A DNA stretch of 64,000 nt. It comes from Opitutaceae bacterium (GTDB taxonomy: Bacteria > Verrucomicrobiota > Verrucomicrobiia > Opitutales > Opitutaceae). Shown here piece by piece: positions 41,966 to 50,072 of the stretch (its first letter is position 1; each line of letters opens with the position of its first letter). A model generated the notes under the pieces. It saw nothing but the letters and a program-made list of their open reading frames with translations, was not told where the DNA came from and did not search any database. Where the stretch lies: the NCBI GenBank assembly GCA_005799525.1, contig SYGN01000162.1, positions 866-64,865 of the forward strand, in the 5' to 3' direction. The position numbers and the translations under genes were made by a program.

Positions 41966-41979
41966 TTCACGGCCTCTAG
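40070..41979 (+). pseudogene. DUF4338 (DruA-like) / ISAs1 DDE transposase fusion, inactivated
   Basis: The N-terminus (ERHYLG, RDRWIGWS, IVQNRRFLVL, AESFTDPEAYAGTCYKASNWEPVG) looks like DUF4338. The remainder is ISAs1-type (ALDGKMIRD, TADALHCQ, LQIKGNQPKLL, RYYLSS, IQGHWAGVEIRNHWHRD). An in-frame TAG sits at 41453-41455, and a frame change occurs at or near the T7 run at 41489-41495. Confidence 0.75.
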
Positions 41980-43449
41980 ATATTCACTCAGCGTCTGGAG
42001 ATTCGCGATGAATGCGCTCGTGGTGATTTGCGGCGCCGGGCTGCGACGGCTGGCCGACGCGAGCCAGCGGCCTTGCGCGTCGCACGCGGCAATCGCCTCG
42101 CGCACGCGCGGCTCGAGCGTTTTTGCGCGCGCGGCTTTGCCCTTCGCAGATTTGGCGGCGTCCTCGGCGGCTTTGCGCTTCGCGAGGATCGCAGTGCGGC
42201 CAATGGCCTTGACCTCGTCATAATAGGCGAAAATTCCCGGCATCCCATAGGGGCTCTTCCACGAGTAGCCGGTCTGCCGCTCGGGCGTGAGCTCCTCGAC
42301 GGTGTAGTGAGCTTTCCCGTCGCGGTCGCCGTAGATGGGTTTGTTGGTGCCGATCTCGTACAGGCGCGCCCAGATGCCCGGCGCGATTTCGGAGCGCTTG
42401 AACCACGCGATGGCACGCGGCAGCGGCTCCAGATATTTCGCGTCGCCGGTCTCAAGATAAAGATCAATGAGCAGTCGCATCGCGCCGCCGCTTTCGTTGG
42501 AGCATACGCTCGGCGGCTCAAACGCGCGCGCCCAGGCGGGCTCGAGCTGCGGGTTGTATTGCTGCGCCCAAGTGGGCTGGGGCTCGGGGAGCTGGGCCAG
42601 CAGGAGAAAATTTCCGCCCTTGAGCGCGGCGGCGCGAAACTCGGGGCGACCGAGGCGCTTCGCGGCGTCGAGGAGCGTCGTCACGCAGTCGCGCTGCGTG
42701 TTGTCGTTGAGCGTGTAGTAGCCGTTGTAGTTATGCTTCGGATATTCCCGCGGGTAGTCCTTCGGGAATCGCGCCGCCTGCACAGGATACTCGCGCGGAT
42801 CCACGGGCGTGCCGGTCCAGCGCTGCGGCCAGCCGCCGTTGGGGCGCTGGGCGGCGAGGAGTTTCGTGAGGGCGTAGTCGAGCGCGGTGCGGAGGCGCAC
42901 GTCGCGCGGCTCGCTCGCGCCCTTGCTGGCGTCGGCCACGGCGAGGAGAAAGCGGATGGCACTCTGGGTGTTGTCGTCGTCGAAGGTCGTCGTGTTTTTC
43001 CGCTTGGCCGCGTCGTCCACGGAAATTTTCCCCGCGTCGGTGCGGCGATACCAGCCGGCACTGAGCTTCGGATCGAAGTCCACGAGGTAATCCCACCCGC
43101 CCGACTCCAGCTGCCCAACCGCGAGCGCGTCCGCCGCCGCCTTCGCCGCATCGAGGTAGCGCGCGTCGCCGGTCACCTCGTACGCGCGCAAAAACGCCAT
43201 GCCCATCGACGGCGTGCCCGGCGGCTGCACCCAGATTTGCGTAGGCGTGGCGATGTTCTCGCCGGCGCGCTCCTTCAGGTCGGGCGAATAACGCCACAAG
43301 TAGCCGCCCTCCGTCGCGATCAACCGCATAAACGCCGTGGCCTTTTCCATCGTCGCCCTCACCTCGGTTGCGAGGGGCTCCGCGGCCCGCAACGAGTCAC
43401 CCACCATCGCCACCCACAACACCAGCCAAACCGGGGTAAGTGTTTTCAT
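41947..43449 (-). CDS. Secreted alpha/alpha-toroid protein, PelA/Pel-15E (PL10) pectate-lyase-like
   Basis: Start at MKTLTPVWLV with a signal peptide. Repeated GGW motifs (EGGYLWRY, ESGGWDY, RPNGGWPQRW) and TFDDDNTQSAIRFLL resemble PL10. The last five codons and the stop lie inside the IS right end. Confidence 0.55.
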   Translation of the reverse strand: MKTLTPVWLVLWVAMVGDSLRAAEPLATEVRATMEKATAFMRLIATEGGYLWRYSPDLKERAGENIATPTQIWVQPPGTPSMGMAFLRAYEVTGDARYLDAAKAAADALAVGQLESGGWDYLVDFDPKLSAGWYRRTDAGKISVDDAAKRKNTTTFDDDNTQSAIRFLLAVADASKGASEPRDVRLRTALDYALTKLLAAQRPNGGWPQRWTGTPVDPREYPVQAARFPKDYPREYPKHNYNGYYTLNDNTQRDCVTTLLDAAKRLGRPEFRAAALKGGNFLLLAQLPEPQPTWAQQYNPQLEPAWARAFEPPSVCSNESGGAMRLLIDLYLETGDAKYLEPLPRAIAWFKRSEIAPGIWARLYEIGTNKPIYGDRDGKAHYTVEELTPERQTGYSWKSPYGMPGIFAYYDEVKAIGRTAILAKRKAAEDAAKSAKGKAARAKTLEPRVREAIAACDAQGRWLASASRRSPAPQITTSAFIANLQTLSEYLEAVNQGLLF

Positions 43450-43533
43450 AGTCGCGCCAGCCTTGTTTTGCATCGCCCGAAAGCAACCATTCGTCACGCT
43501 TCTTCGTCCTCTCCCGTTCCTCCCTCCACCCAC

Positions 43534-44343
43534 ATGAAACTACGCACGCTCCTCCTCGCCGCGCTCTGCGCGTTCGCCCCCGCCACCTCCGCCCAAGACT
43601 GGGCCAAGCCCCGCCTCGAAAAAACCGCCCGCCACTACGAATACGTCAAGATTACCCACAACCAACGCATCGTCACCGCCTTCGTCACCTACCCCGAGGT
43701 CAAAACCAAAGCCACCGCCGTCATCGTCATTCACGACAATCAGGGCCTCACCGACTGGGCGCGCGGCATGACCGACCAGCTCGCCGAGGCCGGCTACATC
43801 GCCATCGCTCCCGATCTCCTCTCCGGCATGGCCCCCAACGGCGGCGGCACCGCCGAATTCGCCGGCAATCGCGACAACGTCGGCAAGGCCTTCAGCGAAC
43901 TCGGCGGCGCAAAAGCCAACCAAGTCACCGCCGACCTCGAGGCGATCTACAACTACGCCGCCAAGCTCCCCGCGTGTAACGGCAAGATCGTCGTCGGCGG
44001 TTTCTGCTGGGGCGGCACCCAAACCTTCCGCTTCGCCACGAACAATCAGAACGTCAAAGCGGCCTTAGTGTTCTACGGCAGCCCGCCCAAAGACGAGGAC
44101 CTCGCGAAAATTACCAGCCCAGTCTTCGGCTTCTACGGCAGCAACGACGCCCGCATCAACACCACGATCCCAAAAACCATCGAGCTCATGAAAACGGCGG
44201 GTAAACAATTTGATCCCGTCACCTATGAGGGTGCCGGCCACGGCTTCATGAAGTCCGGCGAAGATCCCGCCGGCAGCCCCGAAAACAAAAAAGCCCGGGA
44301 AGGCGCTTGGATCCGCCTCAAAGCAATCCTCGCCAAACTCTGA
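43534..44343 (+). CDS. Dienelactone hydrolase family protein
   Basis: Only the last 269 aa of the 771-aa ORF are real (MKLRTLLLAALCAF signal peptide). DLH blocks are present: VIVIHDNQGLTDW, GGFCWGG, FYGSNDARI and YEGAGHGF. Confidence 0.85.
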   Translation: MKLRTLLLAALCAFAPATSAQDWAKPRLEKTARHYEYVKITHNQRIVTAFVTYPEVKTKATAVIVIHDNQGLTDWARGMTDQLAEAGYIAIAPDLLSGMAPNGGGTAEFAGNRDNVGKAFSELGGAKANQVTADLEAIYNYAAKLPACNGKIVVGGFCWGGTQTFRFATNNQNVKAALVFYGSPPKDEDLAKITSPVFGFYGSNDARINTTIPKTIELMKTAGKQFDPVTYEGAGHGFMKSGEDPAGSPENKKAREGAWIRLKAILAKL

Positions 44344-44348
44344 TCGCA

Positions 44349-44408
44349 GTAGGGCGGAGCACGTCGTCTCGTCGCAGCCCGGCGAAGGCGAATGACCCGC
44401 CCTTTTTT
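44349..44408 (+). terminator. GC-rich hairpin plus T6, probable terminator (GTAG-headed element)
   Basis: GGGCGG (44352-44357) pairs with CCGCCC (44397-44402) around a structured 39-nt loop. TTTTTT follows (44403-44408), starting 6 nt after the stop codon. Confidence 0.5.
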
Positions 44409-44430
44409 GCGCCCGCGTGTCCACGATCCG

Positions 44431-44451
44431 GATTCACCGATCAGGTGAATC
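44431..44451. promoter_or_regulatory. Perfect palindrome GATTCACC-N5-GGTGAATC upstream of hydrolase paralog 1
   Basis: The 21-bp sequence GATTCACCGATCAGGTGAATC is identical to 47753-47773. It lies 93 nt upstream of the ATG at 44544 and is followed by a conserved ~25-nt block (GAAAATTAGCAAAGAAGAGCGGTT). Confidence 0.7.
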
Positions 44452-44543
44452 TTCCAGAATTAGAAAATTAGCAAAGAAGAGCGGTTCACCTCCTGAATCT
44501 GGCCATTTCATCCGTGCCTTCCGTGGTTAAAAATCTTTCTTCC

Positions 44544-46475
44544 ATGCGCTCTCCCGCTGCCCTCGCCCTCGTTCTCACGTTCACGGCCGGTGCCCAAACC
44601 GCACCCTTCCCGAAAAAAATCCCCACCCAGGGCATCTCCCTCACTGACGTCGACCGCACCGAACTCACCGCTGGCACCGCCGCCCTCCGCACCGAGATCG
44701 ATGCCCTCGCCCGCGACGCCACCGTCACCGCGCTTCTCCCCGACGTCGAAATTTTCCACAAAGCCGTCGCGTGGTCCCTCGCCGACGACACATTCTATTC
44801 CCCGAAGGAAATCGCCTTCGCGAAACACCTCCTCGCCGAAGGCCGCGAACGCGCCGCGCAACTCCGCGCTCGCAAGTTCCCTTGGCTTGAAGCTCGCGGC
44901 CTCATCGTCCGTGGCTATCGCTCAAAACTCGATGGCTCCGTCCAGCCCTACGGTCTCGTCGTCCCCGCTGACCTCGATCTCTCAAAACCCACGGCCGCGA
45001 TGGTCTGGCTCCTCGGCCGCGGCGAAAAACGCACCGAGCTCGCCTTCCTCTCCGAGCGCGAAGCCGGCCCTCCCCAGCTCACCCCGAAGGGCGTCATCAC
45101 GCTCGTCCCCTACGGCCGCTTCTGCAACGCCACCAAGTTCGCCGGCGAAGTCGATGTCATGGAAGCCCTCGCCGCCGTCCGCGCCCACTACTCCATCGAC
45201 CCGCTCCGCATCGCCGTCGCCGGTTTCTCGATGGGCGGCGGTAGTACATGGCACCTCGCGACGCATTTCCCCGGCCTCTGGTGCGCCGCTTCGCCCGGTG
45301 CGGGTTTCGCCGAGACGCCCATCTTCACCAAAGCCAACGCTCCCGGCAAAGAAATCCGCCCCGCATGGGAACAACTCCTCTGGCGTCACTACGAAGCCAC
45401 CGGCATTTCCCAAAATCTTTTCAACGTCCCGACCCTCGCCTACACCGGCGAACTCGACGGCCAGAAAGAAGCCTCCGATCTCATGGACGCCGCGATGGCC
45501 ACCGCCGGTCTGAAGCTCGAACGCTTCATCGGCCCGCAAACCGCCCACAAATACCACGACGCCACCAAGGCCGAACTCACCACTCGTTTCGAAGCCCTCA
45601 TTGGGAAGGGTCGCGACGCCGTGCCCAGCGAAATTCGTTTCAGCACCTACACGCTGCGCTATCCCGAATCGTCCTGGGTGCGCATCGAGGGCCTGGAGAA
45701 ACATTGGGAGCGCGCCGACGTCCGCGCCAGCCGAGCCCAAGGTCCCAGCGTCACCATCGAAACAAAAAATGTCAGCGAACTCCAGGTCATGGCTTCCAGT
45801 GGCCGCATCACCATCGACGGCCAGCAGCTGAATAACACCGACACCCGCCTCGGCCGTCGCCTTAAAAAAACTGAAGGCAAATGGGCCTTCGCTTCCACCG
45901 CCGCCGACCCTTCCCTCCGAAAATTCCCCGGTCTCACCGGCCCCATCGACGACGCCTTCATGGACGCCTTCGTCTTCGTCCGCCCCTCCGGCAAACCCCT
46001 CAACCCCGAGCTCGGCACCTGGGTCGAGAGCGAACTCACCGCCGCCCGCCACCTCTGGCGCGACGTCTTCCGCGGCGACACCCCCGTCGTCGCCGACACC
46101 GCGCTCACCGACGCCGACCTCGCCACCAAAAACCTGATACTCTGGGGCGACCCCACGTCTAACAAGGTCCTCGCAAACCTCCTCGCCACCGGGAAGCTCC
46201 CGCTCACGTGGGACGCGAAGACGCTCACGTTCCGCGGCAAAACTTACGACGCCACGCGCCACGCCCCCATTTTGATCTTCCCGAATCCACTCAATCCGTC
46301 GCGCTACGTCGTCCTCAACAGCGGCCTCGATTTCCGCGCCGACGGCTACACCAACAACGCCCTCCAAACCCCCAAGCTCCCCGACTGGGCCGTCGTCGAT
46401 CTCCGCTCCCCGCCCGGCCCTCGTTGGCCCGGCAAAATCGTCGACGCCGGCTTCTTCAACGAGGAGTGGAAATAA
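44544..46475 (+). CDS. Secreted alpha/beta-hydrolase (S9/esterase-like) with N- and C-terminal accessory domains, paralog 1
   Basis: Start aligned to the paralog (MRSPAALALV). It has a signal peptide and the nucleophile elbow GFSMGGGSTWHLATHFPGLW. By eye it is roughly 55-60% identical to 47823-49853. Confidence 0.8.
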   Translation: MRSPAALALVLTFTAGAQTAPFPKKIPTQGISLTDVDRTELTAGTAALRTEIDALARDATVTALLPDVEIFHKAVAWSLADDTFYSPKEIAFAKHLLAEGRERAAQLRARKFPWLEARGLIVRGYRSKLDGSVQPYGLVVPADLDLSKPTAAMVWLLGRGEKRTELAFLSEREAGPPQLTPKGVITLVPYGRFCNATKFAGEVDVMEALAAVRAHYSIDPLRIAVAGFSMGGGSTWHLATHFPGLWCAASPGAGFAETPIFTKANAPGKEIRPAWEQLLWRHYEATGISQNLFNVPTLAYTGELDGQKEASDLMDAAMATAGLKLERFIGPQTAHKYHDATKAELTTRFEALIGKGRDAVPSEIRFSTYTLRYPESSWVRIEGLEKHWERADVRASRAQGPSVTIETKNVSELQVMASSGRITIDGQQLNNTDTRLGRRLKKTEGKWAFASTAADPSLRKFPGLTGPIDDAFMDAFVFVRPSGKPLNPELGTWVESELTAARHLWRDVFRGDTPVVADTALTDADLATKNLILWGDPTSNKVLANLLATGKLPLTWDAKTLTFRGKTYDATRHAPILIFPNPLNPSRYVVLNSGLDFRADGYTNNALQTPKLPDWAVVDLRSPPGPRWPGKIVDAGFFNEEWK

Positions 46476-46599
46476 AGTAGGGCGCCGACTCCGACCCACC
46501 CTTGGCAAACGCTCAACGCTGAACGCTCAACCCCCCAGGTCCCTTCCTTCCTCTCCTTAAACGTTCAGCGTTAAACCTTGAGCGTTCGCCACCCTCCTC

Positions 46600-47685
46600 A
46601 TGCAACACCCACGCCCACTCCTCGTCCTCGCGACTGTCCTCCTCGCCACTCTCGCTCCGCTGACGGCCGCGACCCTCCGCACCATCGCCGGCACCGGAGT
46701 CAAAGGTTTCTCCGGCGACGCCGGTCCCGCCACCGCCGCGCAAATCAACAACCCCTTCGGCGTTGTCCGCGGCCCCGACGGCAATCTCTGGTTCTGCGAA
46801 TACGGCGGCCAACGCATCCGCACGATTTCCTCCTCCGGCACCATCCGCACCGTCGCCGGTAATGGCCAAACCGGATACACCGGCGATGGCGGCCCCGCCC
46901 TCGCCGCGTCCTTGAATCAACCGCACGAGATCCGTTTCGACCGCGCTGGCGACCTCTATATCGTGGACATGCAAAATCACGCCGTCCGCAAAGTCGTCCT
47001 CTCCACCGGTCTCATCACCACGATCGTCGGCACCGGCAAACCCGGCTACTCCGGAGACGGCGGCCCCGCCACCGCCGCCCAGCTCAACCAGCCGCACAGC
47101 ATACAATTCGACTCCGCTGGCGATCTCTACATCTGCGACATCCGCAACAACGTGATCCGCAAAGTCACCACCCAGACCGGCGTCATCACCACCTTCGCCG
47201 GCACCGGCAAACCCGGCGATACTCCCGATAATTCACCCATCGTCGGCACACCCCTCCGCGGCCCGCGCACTCTTGACTTCGATTCCGCCGGGAACCTCTG
47301 GCTCGCCACCCGCGAAGGCAACCAAGTCTTCCGCTTCGATCTCACTACCGGCCGCATTTACCACCTCGCCGGCACCGGCAAAAAAGGCTTCACCGGCGAC
47401 CACGGCCCCGCGCTCGCCGCCACGCTCGCCGGCCCGAAAGGTCTCACCGTCGGCCGCGACGGCCGCGTCTACCTCGTCGACACCGAAAACCACGCCATCC
47501 GCGTCATCGATCCGAAGACCCATCTCATCACCACCGTCGCAGGCATGGGCAAACTCGCCGACGGCCCCGACGGCGACAGTCCCCTCACCGCCGGCCTCGC
47601 CCGCCCCCACGGCATCTGGGTCGACCCCGATGGCACCGTCTTTATCGGCGACTCCGAAAACCATCGCCTCCGCGCCTTGAAATAA
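46600..47685 (+). CDS. Secreted six-bladed NHL-repeat beta-propeller protein
   Basis: Signal peptide, then six ~55-aa repeats of the form AGTG.GYSGDGGPA..A.LN.P..i.fD..GnLYi.D..N..IRkv. Confidence 0.85.
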   Translation: MQHPRPLLVLATVLLATLAPLTAATLRTIAGTGVKGFSGDAGPATAAQINNPFGVVRGPDGNLWFCEYGGQRIRTISSSGTIRTVAGNGQTGYTGDGGPALAASLNQPHEIRFDRAGDLYIVDMQNHAVRKVVLSTGLITTIVGTGKPGYSGDGGPATAAQLNQPHSIQFDSAGDLYICDIRNNVIRKVTTQTGVITTFAGTGKPGDTPDNSPIVGTPLRGPRTLDFDSAGNLWLATREGNQVFRFDLTTGRIYHLAGTGKKGFTGDHGPALAATLAGPKGLTVGRDGRVYLVDTENHAIRVIDPKTHLITTVAGMGKLADGPDGDSPLTAGLARPHGIWVDPDGTVFIGDSENHRLRALK

Positions 47686-47752
47686 ACCAAACCTTTAAAC
47701 TGCTAATTCTCGCTAATCCCAGCCCCACCTTACTACCCGCCGCCCGTGCCTT

Positions 47753-47773
47753 GATTCACCGATCAGGTGAATC
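47753..47773. promoter_or_regulatory. Perfect palindrome GATTCACC-N5-GGTGAATC upstream of hydrolase paralog 2
   Basis: Identical 21-mer to 44431-44451, 50 nt upstream of the ATG at 47823. The conserved block GAAAAATCAGCGAAGATGAGCGGTT follows. Confidence 0.7.
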
Positions 47774-47822
47774 ATCTGCGATCGAAAAATCAGCGAAGAT
47801 GAGCGGTTAAAACCTCCTTCCT

Positions 47823-49853
47823 ATGCGCTTTCTCGCCACCCTCTCCCTCACGTTCACTCTCACTTTCCTTTTCACTGCTCGCGCCCAAACACCCCCACCC
47901 CCCGCGAAACGCCTCCCGCCCGCCGGCATCGCCATACCCGCCGCCGCCCGCACCGAGCTCACCACCGCCACCACCTCATTCGCCGCCGAAATTTCTGCCC
48001 TCCGCTCCGAGCTCACCACCGCTCGTAAGACCACCCTCCTCGCCCTCCTCCCCGACGTCGAAATCTTTCACAAAGCCGTCGACTGGCCTCTCCGCTACGA
48101 CGAGTTCTTCGACCTCAAACAGCTCGACACCGCGCGCCACCTCCTCGCCGTCGGCCGCGAACGCGCCGCCTCTCTCCGCGCCGGTAAAACCCCGTGGCTC
48201 GAAGCGACCGGCACCATCATCCGCGGTTACCGCTCCAAACTCGACGACTCCGTCCAACCCTACGCCCTCGTCGTCCCCGCCGCTTGGAAACGCACCGCTA
48301 CTCCGGCCACCGCCACCTCCCCGGCCATTCCTGTCCCCGCCCGCCGTCTCGACGTCGTCCTCGCCGGTCGCAACGAAAAGCGCACCGAGCTCGCCTTCAT
48401 GGCCGAGCGCGAAAAATCCCCCGGCGAAATCGTTCCCGCCGATGCCATCGTACTCCATCCCTACGGCCGCTTTTGCAACGCCACCCAATTCGCCGGCGAA
48501 GTCGACGTCATGGAGGCCATCCAGCTCGTCCGAAAATTCTATAAAATCGACACCGGTCGCATCGTCGTCCGCGGTTTTTCCATGGGCGGCGCGAGCACTT
48601 GGCACCTCGCCACCCACTTCCCCGGCCTCTGGGCCGCCGCCTCGCCCGGCGCTGGTTTCGCCGAGACCGCCATCTACGCCAAAGCCCTCGCCCCCGACAA
48701 ACCCGAGCGCACCTGGTGGGAGCAAAAACTCTGGCACTGGTACGACGCCACCGCCTCTGCCGGAAATCTCTTCAACGTCCCCACCGTCGCCTACAGCGGC
48801 GAACTCGATCCGCAGAAACAGGCCGCCGACATCATGACCACGGCCGCCACCGCTGAGGGCGTGAAGTTCGAGCACCTGATCGGCCCGCAGACCGCGCACA
48901 AATACCACCCCGACTCCAAGACACAGCTCGCCGCCCGCCTCGACGAGCTCACCGCCCAGCCGCGCCCGCTCTGGCCCGCCGAGAGCCGCTTCACCACCTA
49001 TACGCTCCGCTACTCCGTCTCCGATCGTATCAAGATTATGGAGCTCGAAAAATCGTGGGAACGCGCCGACGTCACCGTAAAGTTCCCCTCGCCCGAGCGC
49101 CTCGAAATCACCACGCGCAACGTCGCCGTCCTCAGCATTATGTTGGACAGCTCCGCAGGCCTCACCACGACCGTCGACGGCCAGCCCGTCACCATCGGCG
49201 AAATTGTCCCCTCCTACTGGCTCGTGAAAGCAGACGGCAAGTGGACGTACCAAGACCACACCTACACTGACAGGCGCTGGCGCCAGCAAACCCGCAAAAT
49301 ACCCGGCCTGAGCGGCCCCATCAACGATGCGTTCATGGACGCCTTCGTCTTCGTCCGCCCCACCGGCCAACCGCTCAATGCCAAAGTTGGCGCATGGGCC
49401 ACCGCCGAACTCGCCCACGCGATAAAAATGTGGCGCGACATTTTCCGAGGCGAACTGATCGTAAAAGACGACACCGCGATCACCGCCGCCGACCTCGACA
49501 ACCAACACCTCATCCTCTGGGGCGATGCCTCCTCCAACGCCGTCATCGCCAAAATTCTCGCGAGCAAAAAACTTCCGCTCACGTGGGATGCGCAGAGCCT
49601 CACCTTCCAAGGCAAGTCCTACGACGTCGCGCACCACGCCCCCGTCCTGGTCTTCCCGAACCCCCTCGGCACGCAGCAACGCTACGTCGTCTTAAATAGC
49701 GGCATCGATCTTCGCGACGAAGCCTACGGCACCAATTCCCTTCAGACGCCGAAGCTCCCCGACTACGCGATTATCGACCTCCGCGAGTCTGCGGGTCCGC
49801 GCTGGCCCGGCAAAATCGCCACCGCCGGCTTCTTCGATGAAGCGTGGAAGTGA
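47823..49853 (+). CDS. Secreted alpha/beta-hydrolase (S9/esterase-like), paralog 2
   Basis: 676 aa with a signal peptide and GFSMGGASTWHLATHFPGLW. It is colinear with paralog 1 along its whole length. Confidence 0.85.
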   Translation: MRFLATLSLTFTLTFLFTARAQTPPPPAKRLPPAGIAIPAAARTELTTATTSFAAEISALRSELTTARKTTLLALLPDVEIFHKAVDWPLRYDEFFDLKQLDTARHLLAVGRERAASLRAGKTPWLEATGTIIRGYRSKLDDSVQPYALVVPAAWKRTATPATATSPAIPVPARRLDVVLAGRNEKRTELAFMAEREKSPGEIVPADAIVLHPYGRFCNATQFAGEVDVMEAIQLVRKFYKIDTGRIVVRGFSMGGASTWHLATHFPGLWAAASPGAGFAETAIYAKALAPDKPERTWWEQKLWHWYDATASAGNLFNVPTVAYSGELDPQKQAADIMTTAATAEGVKFEHLIGPQTAHKYHPDSKTQLAARLDELTAQPRPLWPAESRFTTYTLRYSVSDRIKIMELEKSWERADVTVKFPSPERLEITTRNVAVLSIMLDSSAGLTTTVDGQPVTIGEIVPSYWLVKADGKWTYQDHTYTDRRWRQQTRKIPGLSGPINDAFMDAFVFVRPTGQPLNAKVGAWATAELAHAIKMWRDIFRGELIVKDDTAITAADLDNQHLILWGDASSNAVIAKILASKKLPLTWDAQSLTFQGKSYDVAHHAPVLVFPNPLGTQQRYVVLNSGIDLRDEAYGTNSLQTPKLPDYAIIDLRESAGPRWPGKIATAGFFDEAWK

Positions 49854-50072
49854 CCGTGGTGCCGCGCCACCACGGAACGCTCAAGTCCCCATGAGACCAC
49901 GGCCACTGAGGAGTTTGCCCCTGCATCTTAGGCCGGCTGGTCTGAGGCGCTTCGCGCGTCCGCCAGCGGACAACCGACCAAAGTCCAAAACAGACCCGAC
50001 GTTGGTATTACGCCTCACTTCAGCGTTCTGCGCTGAACGTTGAACATTCCTTCACTCGTTCATTCCAGCTCC

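Noticed and set aside
42028-43533. First 502 aa of the 771-aa plus-strand ORF 42028-44343
   Set aside because: It is antisense to the PL10-like gene. The dienelactone hydrolase signal peptide starts at 43534.
44982-49679. Long minus-strand ORFs 44982-46508 (508 aa) and 47976-49679 (567 aa)
   Set aside because: They are Gly/Glu/Ala/Val-rich shadows of the two hydrolase paralogs, with no motifs.
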